Program-made: the position numbers and the translations under genes
The notes under the pieces: model-generated
Seen by the model: the letters and a program-made list of their open reading frames with translations, nothing else
Told to the model about the DNA's origin: nothing
Databases searched by the model: none
Origin: Octopus vulgaris
Lineage: Eukaryota
Direction of reading: 5' to 3'
Assembly: GCA_951406725.2 (NCBI GenBank)
Contig: OX597839.1
Span: forward strand, 10,974,001 to 11,038,000
Length of the DNA stretch: 64,000 nt
In this document: positions 13,580 to 26,878 of the stretch, piece by piece
Numbering within the stretch: position 1 is the first letter of the stretch
Layout of the letters: each line of letters begins with the position of its first letter

Positions 13580-14302
13580 GTATACATATACCATAAAAGA
13601 TCAGGAGGTATGAGCGATAAGTATATTTATTTAACCACTTAACATCCTTAAGGTTACACCTGTTTCGCAGCCTTCTTCAGTGTATAATAAATTATGTTTA
13701 CCTGTCTGCATTAATATGCACACTACACATTATACAGTTCAATTGTATATACACAAATGAATGCAGATAAAGAAACATTATGGTTACACCAACAATTCAG
13801 CTCTCCAGGATTTCAGCTGCATAGAACTCTACATTATACTTCTCTGTATTAGATTACCGTGTAGTTTGTTAGCCGAGTTTGTTGGTGGAGCTTTCTGCAA
13901 AAGCCACATGATTCTATGAATCTATATATTACACTTCAAATATGTATATGTATATAATTATGTCGGATGGCTGCAACAAGTAGAAAAGCACTAAATCAGC
14001 TCAGAGAGTAAAGATAATGAATGCTATAATAAAAAACTTAAAAAGCAACGGATAAATGTTCTTGTTGTCAGCTTCAGAACTGGTGAAATAAATTAATGTT
14101 TCGACCAGGAAACTCTTGCTTGTTGTATTTAATAAGAATTGTGGTTTTTATCATACATACATACATATATACATACTTATAAACATACATACATACATAC
14201 GTGCATACATACATGCATACATACATGCATACATACGTACATACATACATACATACAGACAGACATATATACATACAAGCATACATGCATATATACATAC
14301 AT

Positions 14303-14358
<56 letters not shown>

Positions 14359-14385
14359 GTATGTATATATATATATGTGTATATA

Positions 14386-14436
<51 letters not shown>

Positions 14437-14592
14437 ATATGTATGTATATATATATATGTATTTATATATATATGTATACATGTATGTATATATGTATGT
14501 ATAATAAATTAGGGGGTGTGGTTAGTTTAGGGATATCTATTGTTGTGTTGTTTGTTTGTCCGTTTTTACATATTAGAGGATGTATAGGGTTA

Positions 14593-14627
<35 letters not shown>

Positions 14628-15024
14628 TATATATATATATTTATATGTGTGTGTGTGTGTGTGTATGTATGTATATAATATATTAACATTCAGGTGAATA
14701 AGATGCTTAAAGGTAAGATACTAGGTTAGGCCAGAATTAAAATGCATACATGTAATTATGGACGAATACCAAAAGAAACACCTGTAATGAACTGACACCT
14801 ATGTATCGTTTGTTATTTATTTGTTTCATCATCATCATCATCGTTTAATGTCTGTTGTCCATGCTGGCATGGGTGGGTTGGTTTCACTAGGGCTAGTAAG
14901 CTGAGGGGATGCACCGGACTCTAGTCTGACTTGGCATGATTACTATGCCAGGATGCCCTTCCCAATGCCAACCACTCTGAAAGTGCAGGTGCCAATTGTG
15001 CGACACCAGTATCTACCACAACTA

Positions 15025-15256
15025 AGGCCGTGAGCTGGCAGAAACGTTAGCATGTCGGGTGAAATGCTTAGCATTGTTTCGTCTGTCGTTACGTTCTGAG
15101 TTCAAATTCCGCCGAGGTCGACTTTGCCTTTCATCCTTTCGGGGTTGATAAATTAAGTACCAGTTACACACTGGGGTCGATGTAATCGACTTAATCCCTT
15201 TGTCTCTCCTTGTTTGTCCTCTCCATGCTTAGCCCCTTGTGGGTAATAAAGAAATA
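15025..15256 (+). mobile_element. tRNA-derived SINE family B (Meta-domain-like core) with 17-bp TSD
   Basis: TSD AGTATCTACCACAACTA at 15008-15024 and 15257-15273; core GGTCGACTTTGCCTTTCATCCTTTCGGGG..GATAAATTAAGTACCAG. Other copies at ~7633-7823, 7826-8050, 28832-29041, 30961-31191, 35869-36036, 46049-46285 and 61016-61243. Confidence 0.85.
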
Positions 15257-15706
15257 AGTATCTACCACAACTACAATTTTACATGGTTTGATGGATCTTC
15301 TACTCAAGCTCCAATGCTTGAAAGGTACTTTTACACGCCACCGGCACAGGTGCTCATTATGCAACACTGGCACAGGTGCTAACTATGCGACACCAGCACT
15401 GGCCACATTACCTATGTGAAGTCCAACGCTTGAAAGATGACTTTTATGTGCCACCAACATGGGTGCTAGTTACATGACACCAGCACTGGCCACATTACTC
15501 CATCAGGTCCAAGACTCCAAAGGGGATTTTTATGTGCCATTGGCACAGGTGCTAGTTATGTGAAACCGGCATTGGCCTCAACAATAATTTCTTTTAACTT
15601 GACAGGTCTTCTCAAGCATGACATATTGTCAAAGGTCTCAATCACTAGTCATTGTCTCTGTGAGGCCCAATGTTTGAAGATCATGCTTCCCCACCGCGTC
15701 CCATGT

Positions 15707-16011
15707 TGTTGTTTGTTCCTTCTCGAGCCATGCCTGGCTCATAAGGGCTGGTTTCCCGGTTTCTTGGCGTATAGGTTCCCCACCTGGACAGGATGCCGGT
15801 CCGTCGCAGGTGAGCTGCAAGATGCAGGAGGAAAGAGTGAGAGAAAGTTGTGGTGGAAGAGTCAGCAGAAGTTTCGCCATTACCTTCTGCCGGAGCCGCG
15901 CGGAGCTTAGGTGTTTCGCTCATAAACACACACATCGTCTGGTCTGAGATTCGAACCTGCGATCCCTCGACCGCGAGTCTGCTGCTCTAACCACTAGGCC
16001 ATGTGCCTCCG
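15707..16011 (-). mobile_element. tRNA-derived SINE with (AAC)n tail and 12-bp TSD
   Basis: Head TGGCCTAGTGGTTAGAGCAGCAGACTCG..GGTTCGAATC (A and B boxes); TSD CGCGTCCCATGT at 15695-15706 and 16012-16023. Relatives at ~5110-5355, 19968-20252 and 32507-32720. Confidence 0.85.
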
Positions 16012-16815
16012 CGCGTCCCATGTCCTCCAGGTTCTATCTCTTCCACAGGTACCTTCCACAGTTAGAGATTGGTACTTCTTTACACAGCTGTCCTCGTCCA
16101 TATGCATCACATGACTATACCAGTACAGTCGTCTCTCTTGCACACCATATCTGATGCCTTTCTACAGTTTGGCACCTGTGATAATGCAACTCATTTCTAC
16201 AGGTGAGTGAACTGGAGCAACGTGAAATAAAGTGTCTTGCTCATGAACACAACACACAGCCCGGTCCGGGATTCGAACTCACAACCTCATGATTGTAAGC
16301 CCGATGCTCTAACCACTGAGCCATGCACCTTCACTATATATATATATATATATATAAATTAATAAATAAAACATATGCATATATACATACACATATGTAC
16401 GTACCTACCTCTACATGTATATATACATGCATATATGGGTACAGGACACCAAAAAAACGTCGAACACAATGAGAAACGAAAACATAAACGCAAAACCAAG
16501 GAACTGGACATTTTTCTTAAACAATGAAAAAATAGAGTACAGGACAAATAATACAAGTAAAATTCCCCTTCTTCAGTTGCCATGGTTTCATCTACTCTGC
16601 GTTTCGAAGGTGAAGGCGATACGCATCTTCGATAGAAACTTTCCTTCCCGCGAAAAGCAAATTAAATAAAATTTGAGATCTTTTTGCGGAGGGGTAAAAA
16701 TGGTAACAAAAACAGGACAGTACAAAATATAAACAGTAAAAGACAGGACAAGGAGAATAACAAGACAATATATATATATATATATACGTAGAAAAAAATT
16801 TGTTCCACAAGAAGA

Positions 16816-17025
16816 TGGAATAAACATGCTTTAATCACACATTTCACCGTTTGTTTCTGCAGTGGTAACATATGAAAATTGTTGAGATTTCAGTCTCATA
16901 CTAATACATTAATTATTCATAAAATAATTCTATGTATAGGTGAGACTGAAAGCTCAGCTATTTGCAGGTGTTACCACTGCACAGAAGCAAATGGTGTGAT
17001 TTGTAATTAAAGCCTGTTCATTCCA
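16816..17025. repeat. Imperfect ~210-bp fold-back, probably a decayed MITE
   Basis: Nested pairings TGGAATAAACA/TGTTCATTCCA, GCAGTGGTAACA/TGTTACCACTGC, TTTCAGTCTCA/TGAGACTGAAA. Confidence 0.7.
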
Positions 17026-17320
17026 GCTTGCTGTTTCATGAAGTTTTATATAAATTCTATCCACTAATGGAGTTCAACATGCTTATCCGGCTTAAAGGAT
17101 AACCCTGCTGTTTGGTGGCATATGGTAGCCATTAACAGTATAGGGACTTTGAAATACACTGTTATATGGTTATATTGAATAAATAATACACATGGTTCTG
17201 GGTTCATTCCCACTGCATGGCACCTTGGGCAAGTGTCTTCTACTATAGCCTCAGGTCGACCAAAGCCTTGTGAGTGGATTTGGTAGACAGAAACTAAAAA
17301 AGAAACCCGTCGTATATATG

Positions 17321-17351
<31 letters not shown>

Positions 17352-17830
17352 TTGTATGTATATGTTTGTGTGTGTGTGTTTGTCCCCCCAACATCGCTTG
17401 ACAACCGATGCTGGTGTGTTTATGTCCCCCATGACTTAGCAGTTCGGCAAAAGATACTGATAGAATAAGTACTAGGTTTTCAAAGAATAAGGCTTGACTA
17501 AAAGCAGTGCTCCAGCATGGCCACAGTCAAATGACTGAAACGAGTAAAAGAGTAAAAGAGTAAAGATTAAAGTGCTTCAGCCCAGAGCTGCAGCCATGCT
17601 GATAAATACCAGTTCATAGTAACAAAGTTATTTTCTAAATTCTTTATTATTTTTCAAAATTTACTGAAACATGTTTACTGAAATGATTAAAACTGCATTA
17701 AAACTTTTCATTAAAATTTCATGTTAATTTATGTTCCAAACACCAGATTAATAATGACAAAATTGATGAAATTTTTCAGTGTATTTCTTTTGAAATACAC
17801 TTCCTTTGCAGTGTGTTTCAACAGGGTTAA

Positions 17831-18040
17831 CCCTTTAGTGTTTAAACCGGCCAAAATATTCTACCTATTTTATGTTCAAACTAGTCAGATATGGTCATTC
17901 ATAGCTACCTTATTGTGTCATTTTAAAAATAAGCAATCACATCATTGAAATCTCAAAACCATGAAATGATACAAGATTAATTTTACATGGTGTGAATACA
18001 TAAGCTTTACATTCGACAGAATAATCTCAATGCTAAAGAG
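17831..18040. mobile_element. piggyBac-type MITE, older inverted copy of 62843-63063
   Basis: TTAA-CCCTTTAG...CTAAAGAG-TTAA, with internal similarity in reverse orientation. Confidence 0.7.
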
Positions 18041-18595
18041 TTAAAATATTGGTTTTGAATTTTGACTATTTCAGGGGTGCTGAAAAGTCAATTACATCAA
18101 CTCCCAGTGCTCAACTGGTACTTATTTTATCGACCCTGAAAGGATGAAAGGCAAAGTCAACCTTAGTGAAATTTGAACTCAGAACGTAAAGACAGACTAA
18201 ATGCTGCCAAGCATTTCCCCCCAGCATTCTAACAGTTCTTTCAGCTTACCACCTTAGAAAAGGCTAAAAAATATTGACAGTTAATTCCAAATTAGTTTCC
18301 AAAATCTGTAGTGGACTTCAGTTTCTGGGTGATAAGACAGGGTTTTTCCAGCAATGTCGGTGGAGCTATGAGAATTATTGCTCCAAACAAAAACATTAAG
18401 AACAAATAATGAAATATGAAGCTTCATTGATAAAAGATAGACATGTAGACATAGTTTACTAAACTTTTAATATACTGCTTTAATATTAATTTCAATATTT
18501 TCTATATATAAATATGTTAATGTAATAGAAACAATTGTCGGCTTTGTAAGGTGAATTCCACAATTAAAGATCTCATTTTCTCTATAGCTATTTTT

Positions 18596-18633
<38 letters not shown>

Positions 18634-19130
18634 CTCTTTTACTTGTTTCAGTCATTTGACTGTGACCATGCTGGAGCACTGCTTTTAGTCAAGCAAATCT
18701 ACCCCAGGACTTATTTTTTGTAAGCCTAGTACTTATTCTATTGGTTTCTTATGCCGAACCGCTAAGTTACGGGGACGTAAACACACCAACATCGGTTGTC
18801 AAGCGATGTAGGTGGGGACAAACACAGACACAAACATATATCATCATTGTTTAACGTCCGTTTTCCATGCTAGCATGAATTGGACGGTTTTGACTGAGGA
18901 CTGGCAAGCCAGATGGCTGCACCAGACTCCAGTCTTCATTTGGCAGAGTTTCTACAGCTAGATGCCCTTCCTAACGGCAACCACTCCGAGAGTGTAGTGA
19001 GTGCTTTTTACGTGCCACCTGCACGGGGGCCAGTCAGGCGGTACTGGCAATGACCTCGCTCGAATCTTTTTACACGTGCCACCAACACAGGTGCCAGTGA
19101 AGTGACATTGGTAATGATCACGCTCGAATA

Positions 19131-19177
<47 letters not shown>

Positions 19178-19920
19178 CACACACATATATACAACGAGTT
19201 TCTTTCAGTTTCCGTCTACCAAATCCACTCACAAGGATTTGGTTGGCCCGAGGCTATAGTAGAAGACACTTGCCCAAGGTGCCATATATATATATATATA
19301 CATATATATATAAATATGCCATTACCATCATCATCATCTTTTTCCCATCTTGGCATGGGTTGGATAGCTTGACATCTCCACTTTTCTGGTATGGTTTTTA
19401 TGACTGGATGCCCTTCCTAACACCACTCTCGTTGAACAGCATACATATATATAGTCTCTCTCTGTGTCACACACACACACACATATATTCATGCATACAC
19501 ATATATATTTACACACCATATATATATATATATTCATACACATGTAGAATATTATCAAGTAATGGCCAGTTTCATGAGTAGATGATGAAAGACTAGTTGC
19601 ATGGTTGCAGACTTCATGATCCCACGCCAACAGGACTCTCCCAGTGCGAAGGTGGGGAAACTTGCAGGATTAGAAAGCTAAAACTGTCGAAGGCAGATGA
19701 GCTATTTGAGAGCCAACATTCATATCAGTAGGAGGAGATGGGTAGCGCTAGGATTATCAAACCTAGTGAAACGGTAGAATAGAAGTTTCATATTCAATTC
19801 TCTAATTGATCAGTTGGGACCCAGAAGGCCCAGGAGCAAGAGAATTGGAAAACATTGGTAAAAATAATCCAGGTGCACAAATGACAGAAATATAAATGTA
19901 TGTATGTGTTTGTGTGTGTG

Positions 19921-19970
<50 letters not shown>

Positions 19971-20248
19971 GAGGTGCAATGGCCCAGTGGTTAGGGCAGC
20001 GGACTCACGGATTCCCAGACCGGGCGTTGTGAATGTTTATTGAGCGAAAACACCTAAAGGCTCCATGAGGCTGCGGCAGGGGGTGGTGGCGACCCCCGTT
20101 GTACTCTTTCGCCACAACTTTCTCTCACTCTTTCTTCTGTTGGTCTGCCCGCTTAGCCAGCGGGGTGGTGTCATTTGAAGGCTAAAACAATGCGAAGCGC
20201 ATTGTGATCAGCGATGTGTAGCAACATCTGATAGCCTGGTCAGTCACG

Positions 20249-20283
<35 letters not shown>

Positions 20284-21297
20284 ACCCGAATATATATGAA
20301 TGTATGTGTGTGTGTATATATCCAAATATCATCATATGCATTATACGCACCTACAAACACACTCATATATATTTAAGAAACATCTATATACAGATATATA
20401 TATATGTACAATCTACTTATCTGAATATATACACGCACGCACACACATATATATATAAATACATACATATTTATGCATGTATATGTGTGTATACAGAGAT
20501 ATACATACGGCTGTGTGAATGTATATATTATGTACATGTATAATGTTTACACACACACATTCATACATAAAGCTCCGTACCGTCTCTTGATCTCTCTTCT
20601 ATTTCCTTTTATACAACATATTCAGCTGCTCCCTCACTTCATTCTTTCCACTCATCTCTCATTCTGTCACTCAGCTCGAATCCTTCACTCACTCACATAC
20701 ACTCTCTCTCTCTCTCTTATCTCACATTGTATTTATTAACATCTCCTACCCACATTTCCCTTTTCTTTTACTCTCATTCAATTACACTCACTAACTCTTA
20801 TATTTTTCCCTCTTTCTGATTACAACTATTACATTCTGTCTCTCCTTCTCCCTCTACAGCTAAGTATCTGTCTTCCTCTTCTCTACCACTCACTTTATCA
20901 CTCGCACTCAATCTTTCTTCAATATTCGTCCATTTTTTCTCTCTCACTCTCATACTCTTTCTCAAGCATCACTCTTTTCTACAGTATACCGTTTTTCTTA
21001 AATAACACGTTTTACTATGCACACATCTAGATGTAAATAGGCATATACATACGTATATTTACTCAAACATTGAAAGCTACATATTATATAAATATATATA
21101 TATATGGTACTTGACAACACTATCTCTTTTTATTAAGTACTCTTTCTACATTATTATGTCTTTCCATCCATATCTATTAGCTATTGCTCTTTCTATTCGA
21201 CCCATCTAAATCTCCCTCTAAATTAAGTATTACGCTTTCTACACTGACGTCTATTCTCTGTATGAAGTATAATTATTTCTATAAGATCGCTCTGGCT

Positions 21298-21332
<35 letters not shown>

Positions 21333-22184
21333 CATCTTTCTCTTGTCCCCCTCTCTATGAAACATTACGTTTGCTACACGATTTCTCCCGCTCCCCTCTA
21401 TAAAAACGTCCCTATTTCTATACTATCTCTCCTCTCTATTAAGCGCTTAACTCTTTTTACACAATACTCTCGTTCCCTCCATACTATATATATATATATA
21501 TACATATGTAAATACACACACACACACACATATGCATATGTACATACACATATGTATATAAATATATATATTTATATATATGTATGTATGTATTGTTATC
21601 GTTCCTCCACAGTCTATATACGAAACTATTACTCTTTCTATCGACATTATCAACCTCTCTGTAATAAAATAAACCGTCTTTCTTCCAGATCATCTCTTCG
21701 TTATATTAAATAAATATTAAATAAATACCCCTTCCTCTCTCTCTTTCTTGCTACACTAGTTTCCTCTCCGACTATCTTTCATTCCCCCTCTGTATGTATA
21801 TCTACACTATCTCTTATTCCCCTCTCTCTTTATCTATCTATGCCTCTCTCAATCTTCCTCTCCCAGTTACATTTCCTACTCTTTCTTTTACCGACTCCCA
21901 TTGTGTATCTATACTCTTACCCCATCTGTCTCTCGCTCATTCTCTCTCACTCCAGTTAGTTTCCAGCACGTTGAGTTCTCCCACTAGTTTAGTTGGCGTG
22001 TAAAGAAAGAAAGAGACCCCATTTAAACAAGCTTCGAAAGACACTATCTCTCGCAAAAAATACACCACAAATGACAGCAAAGAGAAAGCAAGAGAAGAAA
22101 GAAAGCGAAAGAGACCAAAAACGAAACAAACAAATAGAATAAGTATTGAAGTGTATGTAAAGACGGGGGAGAAATTTTCAGGTG

Positions 22185-22270
22185 CTGCCCGCGGAAGAAC
22201 ATATGTTGAGCTTAATTGCGTTGTGCGGCCATCTTGCCACCACTCTCCGCCATTTGATCAGTCGCTCGCT
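22185..22270 (+). promoter_or_regulatory. Probable core promoter/TSS of the AUTS2-like gene
   Basis: ETS-like GCGGAAG (22191-22197), two YY1-type motifs GCGGCCATCTTG (22225-22236) and CCGCCATTTG (22247-22256), Inr-like TCAGTC (22258-22263). CpG-rich and SINE-free; + strand switches from pyrimidine-rich to purine-rich nearby; ~900 bp upstream of the ATG. Confidence 0.6.
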
Positions 22271-23061
22271 CGCTCGGCCAGGATCTGCTGCTATTAGATG
22301 AGATTTTGCCCGGTTTCTTTACCTACATTTTTATCCACGGATAACCTTACCGGGATTTTACTTTCTAAAGGAGTACTTTTTATTGAAATCGGCCCGAGGG
22401 AATTCATTCTAAATGTCGGGATTTCGGTGTTGCATTCATCGGTTTGAGTGAGTAGTAGAAGAGCGGGAGAGAGAGTGAGAGAGAGTGGGTGAGTGAGTAC
22501 GAAAGAAAGAAAGAAAGGGTGTGAGTGAGTGAGTGAAAGTGAGTGAGTAAGAGAGAGTGAGTGAGAGTGTGAAAGAGAGAGAGATAGACAAACAGCAAAA
22601 AAAAAAAAATACATATATATATATATAAGATCGTGTGAGTGTGAGTGAAAGTGCAAAACGAAAGAAAAAAAGAAAAGCATAAAGGAAAAAAAAAAAAAAG
22701 AAATTGTTCTGTAATTCTCAGCCACTCTTTTATTTCTCGAATTCCTTACACCACCATCTTCGGATTATTATTATTACCAATACTACTACTACCACCAGCA
22801 CCATTATTATTACTACTACTTCTACTACTATTATTATTAATATCATCATCGTCTCCGTTGTTGTTGTGTTGTTCGGTCGGGTTATTCCGGCCGCCTCCGC
22901 CACTCACTCATACTCCACATACACACATTCTATCCGCTGTCTCCTGCCGAAGTATATATATATATATTATATCTATATATATACATACATACACATACAT
23001 ACATCCATATAAATATATATTATATATATAAATACATACACACACATACACAGAAGTAAGT

Positions 23062-23092
23062 TATCATTTTTATTATTTTTTTTTTCCTTCAG
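23062..23092 (+). other. Candidate splice acceptor in the 5' UTR
   Basis: Long T tract then TTCCTTCAG ending at 23092, 83 nt before the ATG. Confidence 0.45.
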
Positions 23093-23175
23093 ATCATCGT
23101 TATTATTATTATTATTATCATCATCATCATCAAATCGTCATCATCATTGTAAAATCCAAAGAAAGTTGAATTTCA

Positions 23176-23480
23176 ATGGAATCGAAGGAGTCTAAGGCCC
23201 AGCAACGCACGCAAAGAAACAGGCGCCGTATGGTGAGAGGTCAGCAGCAACTGCAGGAGAAACAACACCAAGCGGCCCCGATGGCGGCGGCTACGGCGGC
23301 GGCAACGGCGGCGGGAGGCAGCGGCGGCGAGGACGACGATGACGGCGCGGCCGCGGCGGACGACGAGTGTCCAGCCAGAACCAGCAAGGATAGCAATAAT
23401 AGCCACAACAACAACAACAACAATAACAACAGCAACAACAACAACAACAGTAATAATAGCAACAACAATAATAATGCTAA

Positions 23481-23512
<32 letters not shown>

Positions 23513-23673
23513 CCACTACTAATAATAATAATAGTAATAATAATAATAATAAGTCAAAACCGAAACCACCTCCGCCGTCCCAGCGCCGGAGGCGAACCAG
23601 TTCCAATTCATTTGACGAGGATATTATTGATGGATTTGCCATCATCAGCTTCAAAACACTTCAGGATATGGAG
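23176..23673 (+). CDS. AUTS2: First coding exon (166 codons) of an AUTS2/FBRSL1/fibrosin (Drosophila tay) family gene
   Basis: ATG at 23176; basic N-terminus (QRTQRNRRR) and [36 protein letters not shown], matching the recalled human AUTS2 motif [32 protein letters not shown]. Ends at a phase-0 donor GAG|GTAAGG (GT at 23674). GC/CpG-rich relative to the window. The symbol denotes the family ortholog, not a specific paralog. Confidence 0.9.
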
Positions 23674-23971
23674 GTAAGGGAACCTTTCTATATATTTTCT
23701 TTTCATGTGTTGTTGTATGGGTTTAAGTTTGTATATATAATATGGTTTTTTTCCTATATGTTCTCTGTATGTGCTGGGTTTTTGTTTTTGGAAGTTGAGC
23801 TATTTTACTCCCATCGAGGGACCCAAACACACGTGTGTGTATGTATGTGCAATGTGTTTGTTTGTATGTTTGTGCAAAGACTTTTGAATCTGTGTCTGTT
23901 GACGATCATTGTAGTCAACTACTATATCTGTATATTTGTATGTACCTATCTGTGTGTGTATGTATATATAT

Positions 23972-24040
23972 ATACATCTGTACATCACCCCCAATACTTC
24001 TAACATATATATACATATATAACAAAGTGGAGTTGTAAGG

Positions 24041-24123
<83 letters not shown>

Positions 24124-24203
24124 ACATCTGTACATCACCCCCAATACTTCTAACATATATATACATATATAACAAAGTGGAGTTGTAAGGTACATATATA
24201 TAT

Positions 24204-24255
<52 letters not shown>

Positions 24256-24366
24256 CACATATATATATATACATATATATACATATACATATATATACAT
24301 CTGTACATCACCCCCAATACTTCTAACATATATATACATATATAACAAAGTGGAGTTGTAAGGTAT
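23972..24366. repeat. Three tandem copies of a ~70-bp unit separated by variable (TA)n
   Basis: TACATCTGTACATCACCCCCAATACTTCTAAC...AACAAAGTGGAGTTGTAAGGTA at ~23972, ~24123 and ~24296. Confidence 0.9.
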
Positions 24367-25632
24367 ATATATATATATAATACACTTACACCGATCTGAG
24401 TTCATATTTTTGTGGATGTCTGCCTGTACATTTGCTTATCCGAGTGTTTACCTACCTACCTATCTATCTAGCTAGTTAACTATTTAGGTAGACTACATGA
24501 ATACCTAGCCAGCCAATTTGTCCTTTCATTTCATATGCCAGTCAATGGCTATGTAGCTAAACTACCATCCAGTTAGTTACCTAGCCTGCAATGAACCAAT
24601 TTATCTGAGTATATGGCTAGCCAAGTATTCCATCTACCTTATATTAATAGCTAACTAGCTTGGAAGTTGCTGACTAGCACGTTATCTACCATTATTATAT
24701 AAAGAGTTTTGAATAATACCAATTGATCGGTGTATCTGGCTAACTAGTTAGTTAGCTATGCCGCGATTTGTCTAGGTATCTAGCAGGCTTGATGTCTAAC
24801 TATTTAGCATGCTGTCTATCTAATTAGCTAGTCAGTTATCCATTCATCTCAATTATCTATCGATAGCTATCTGCCAATATTATGGAGGGTATCAAACCAA
24901 AGCAGATCATCTCATCAAGCTCTTAGCCTGCTAACTAGCTACCTACCTACCTACCTAGCTAGCTACCTAGCCTACTATCTACCAATTAATCTGGGTATCG
25001 AGCTAGCAGAGTTTTATCCTCCACCTAACAACAGACAACTAGCCTGGTAGCTAGCTTGCAAGACTACTATATGCCAATCTGACAGGGTACCAACTTGGCT
25101 AAGATATCCATTCATCTCGCTTATGTGTGAATCTGAATACATGTCAATTTTCCTGCTTTAAATCTTCACATTTTCTATATCTGTCTGCCCCTCTCTTGTC
25201 TATATAAACACATGTACTTAGATGTGTATATATATGCGGTCGTTTCTTTAATGTATAGCTAGCATACTAAACCACATAATCGTTTATATCTAGGTCTGTG
25301 AGACAGTATGGCGATGTATATATATGTGATATGTGTGTGTATACACGCTAATACACTCGGTTCTGTATATACACAACGCGATAGAAACACTGACAAATAA
25401 CACACAGAGGTATATGTCTGAATATGTGTACGTACACATCACCTATAAGATGTGTGTATATACACAAACACCCATCTATATATATATATTGGTATGGATG
25501 TGTGTGTGTGTATAATGGACGTGAATGTATCCTGTGTATAGCGAATATATTTGTGATATGCATAAAACTCGGTTCCTCTCTCTTTCACATATACACACGT
25601 GCGTATAAAGTGTATAAACATACTTAGATCTG

Positions 25633-25677
<45 letters not shown>

Positions 25678-25976
25678 GATACAGAGAGAGGGAGGATAGT
25701 ATATACGATCTTCTTTTCTCACGCTCCATGTAGTCTCTATGCATATGAATTGGTACGTGTGTGTGTGTATGTATATATATTTATACATACATACGCACAC
25801 TTATATCGATACATGTATATTTATAGATGTATGTTTATTTACATACGTATACTTATGTTCATGTGCGTATATAGATGTGTATGTATTTATATACATATCT
25901 ATAAGTACAAATAACTATAGATGGATATATGTCTATATATAGCTTTATAGATGTATATGTATCTCTCTCTCTCTCA

Positions 25977-26019
<43 letters not shown>

Positions 26020-26055
26020 CTATATATGCCTATCTGAGTATGTGTGTGTATCTGT

Positions 26056-26086
<31 letters not shown>

Positions 26087-26251
26087 CTAGATATGTATAT
26101 ATGTAACTATATGTGTGCGTGTACATATGCTTGTAACTATGTATATATGCATTTGTATACATGCGTATATATAGATACATATGCACATATATGTATGCAC
26201 ACATTTATACACGTATATATATATGCATGTATATGTGAATATATGCATCGA

Positions 26252-26288
<37 letters not shown>

Positions 26289-26315
26289 CTCTATCACCCC
26301 CTCTATCTATACATA

Positions 26316-26352
<37 letters not shown>

Positions 26353-26557
26353 CGTGTTGTAGGATGTGTATTGGCTGACTCGTTACACCGTTGGACAAAA
26401 TGTCTTCTAGGATTTAGGCCCATCTCTTAACGTTCCTGAAGTAAAACTCCACTTAGCTTTTCAACCCGCCAAAATCGATAAAATCGAGTACTGTGGCTTG
26501 TATGTACGACTAAGCCCCTCAAAATTTCACACCATGTGCCTAAATTAAAACCCTAGT

Positions 26558-26589
<32 letters not shown>

Positions 26590-26842
26590 GAGTATAATGT
26601 GTATGAATATGTATATATGTATAGTATAAATGTATGCATACGTATATGTATAGGTATATCTATGTATAATATAAATGTGTGCATATATATATATATATAA
26701 TACACACATGTTGATAATGTATAGGTATATATATATATATATATATATATAAAGTTAATCCAAAGAAGAAAACACAAAAAAACGTGAGGACGTGGAACAA
26801 ATAAAGTATTATTGGACGCTCAGGAAAGAAGGGAAGAAGGAG

Positions 26843-26878
26843 GTTTTAACGTTTCGAGCGGAGCTCTTCGTCGGAAAC
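26843..26878 (-). ncRNA. Minimal hammerhead-like motif, related subfamily
   Basis: Minus strand GTTT-CCGACGA-A-GAGC-TCC-GCTC-GAA-ACGTT-A-AAAC; stem I GTTT/AAAC. Shares the flanking CGCTCAGGAA motif with the CUGUNGA family. Confidence 0.55.

Larger units (their letters stand above)
14827..16160 (-). mobile_element. 3' end of a second RTE-clade LINE (ORF end, ~60-bp-unit 3' UTR repeats, (ATG)n tail) with two nested SINEs
   Basis: Minus translation across the insert: VQERRLYWYSHVMHMDEDSCVKKYQSLTVEGTCGRDRTWRTWDAVGKHDLQTLGLTETMTSD. Shorter tail-only copies at ~13068-13262, 18842-19127, 29805-30142, 31830-32103, 55774-56054, 56546-56800 and 58593-58835. Confidence 0.8.

Noticed and set aside
15950-16011. 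tRNA-like sequence, and similar ones at ~16262-16330, 19975-20020 and 32510-32580
   Set aside because: SINE heads continuous with SINE bodies, not tRNA genes.
19560-19870. GC-richer segment resembling a LINE 5' UTR with a possible HDV-like ribozyme
   Set aside because: Could not build the nested double pseudoknot by eye; needs a motif search.
23674-24003. C-terminal 109 aa of the 275-aa ORF
   Set aside because: Read-through past the splice donor into T-rich intron sequence.
23972-24366. Repeat-spacer pattern resembling a CRISPR array
   Set aside because: Eukaryotic context, 70-bp units and (TA)n spacers; a simple tandem duplication.
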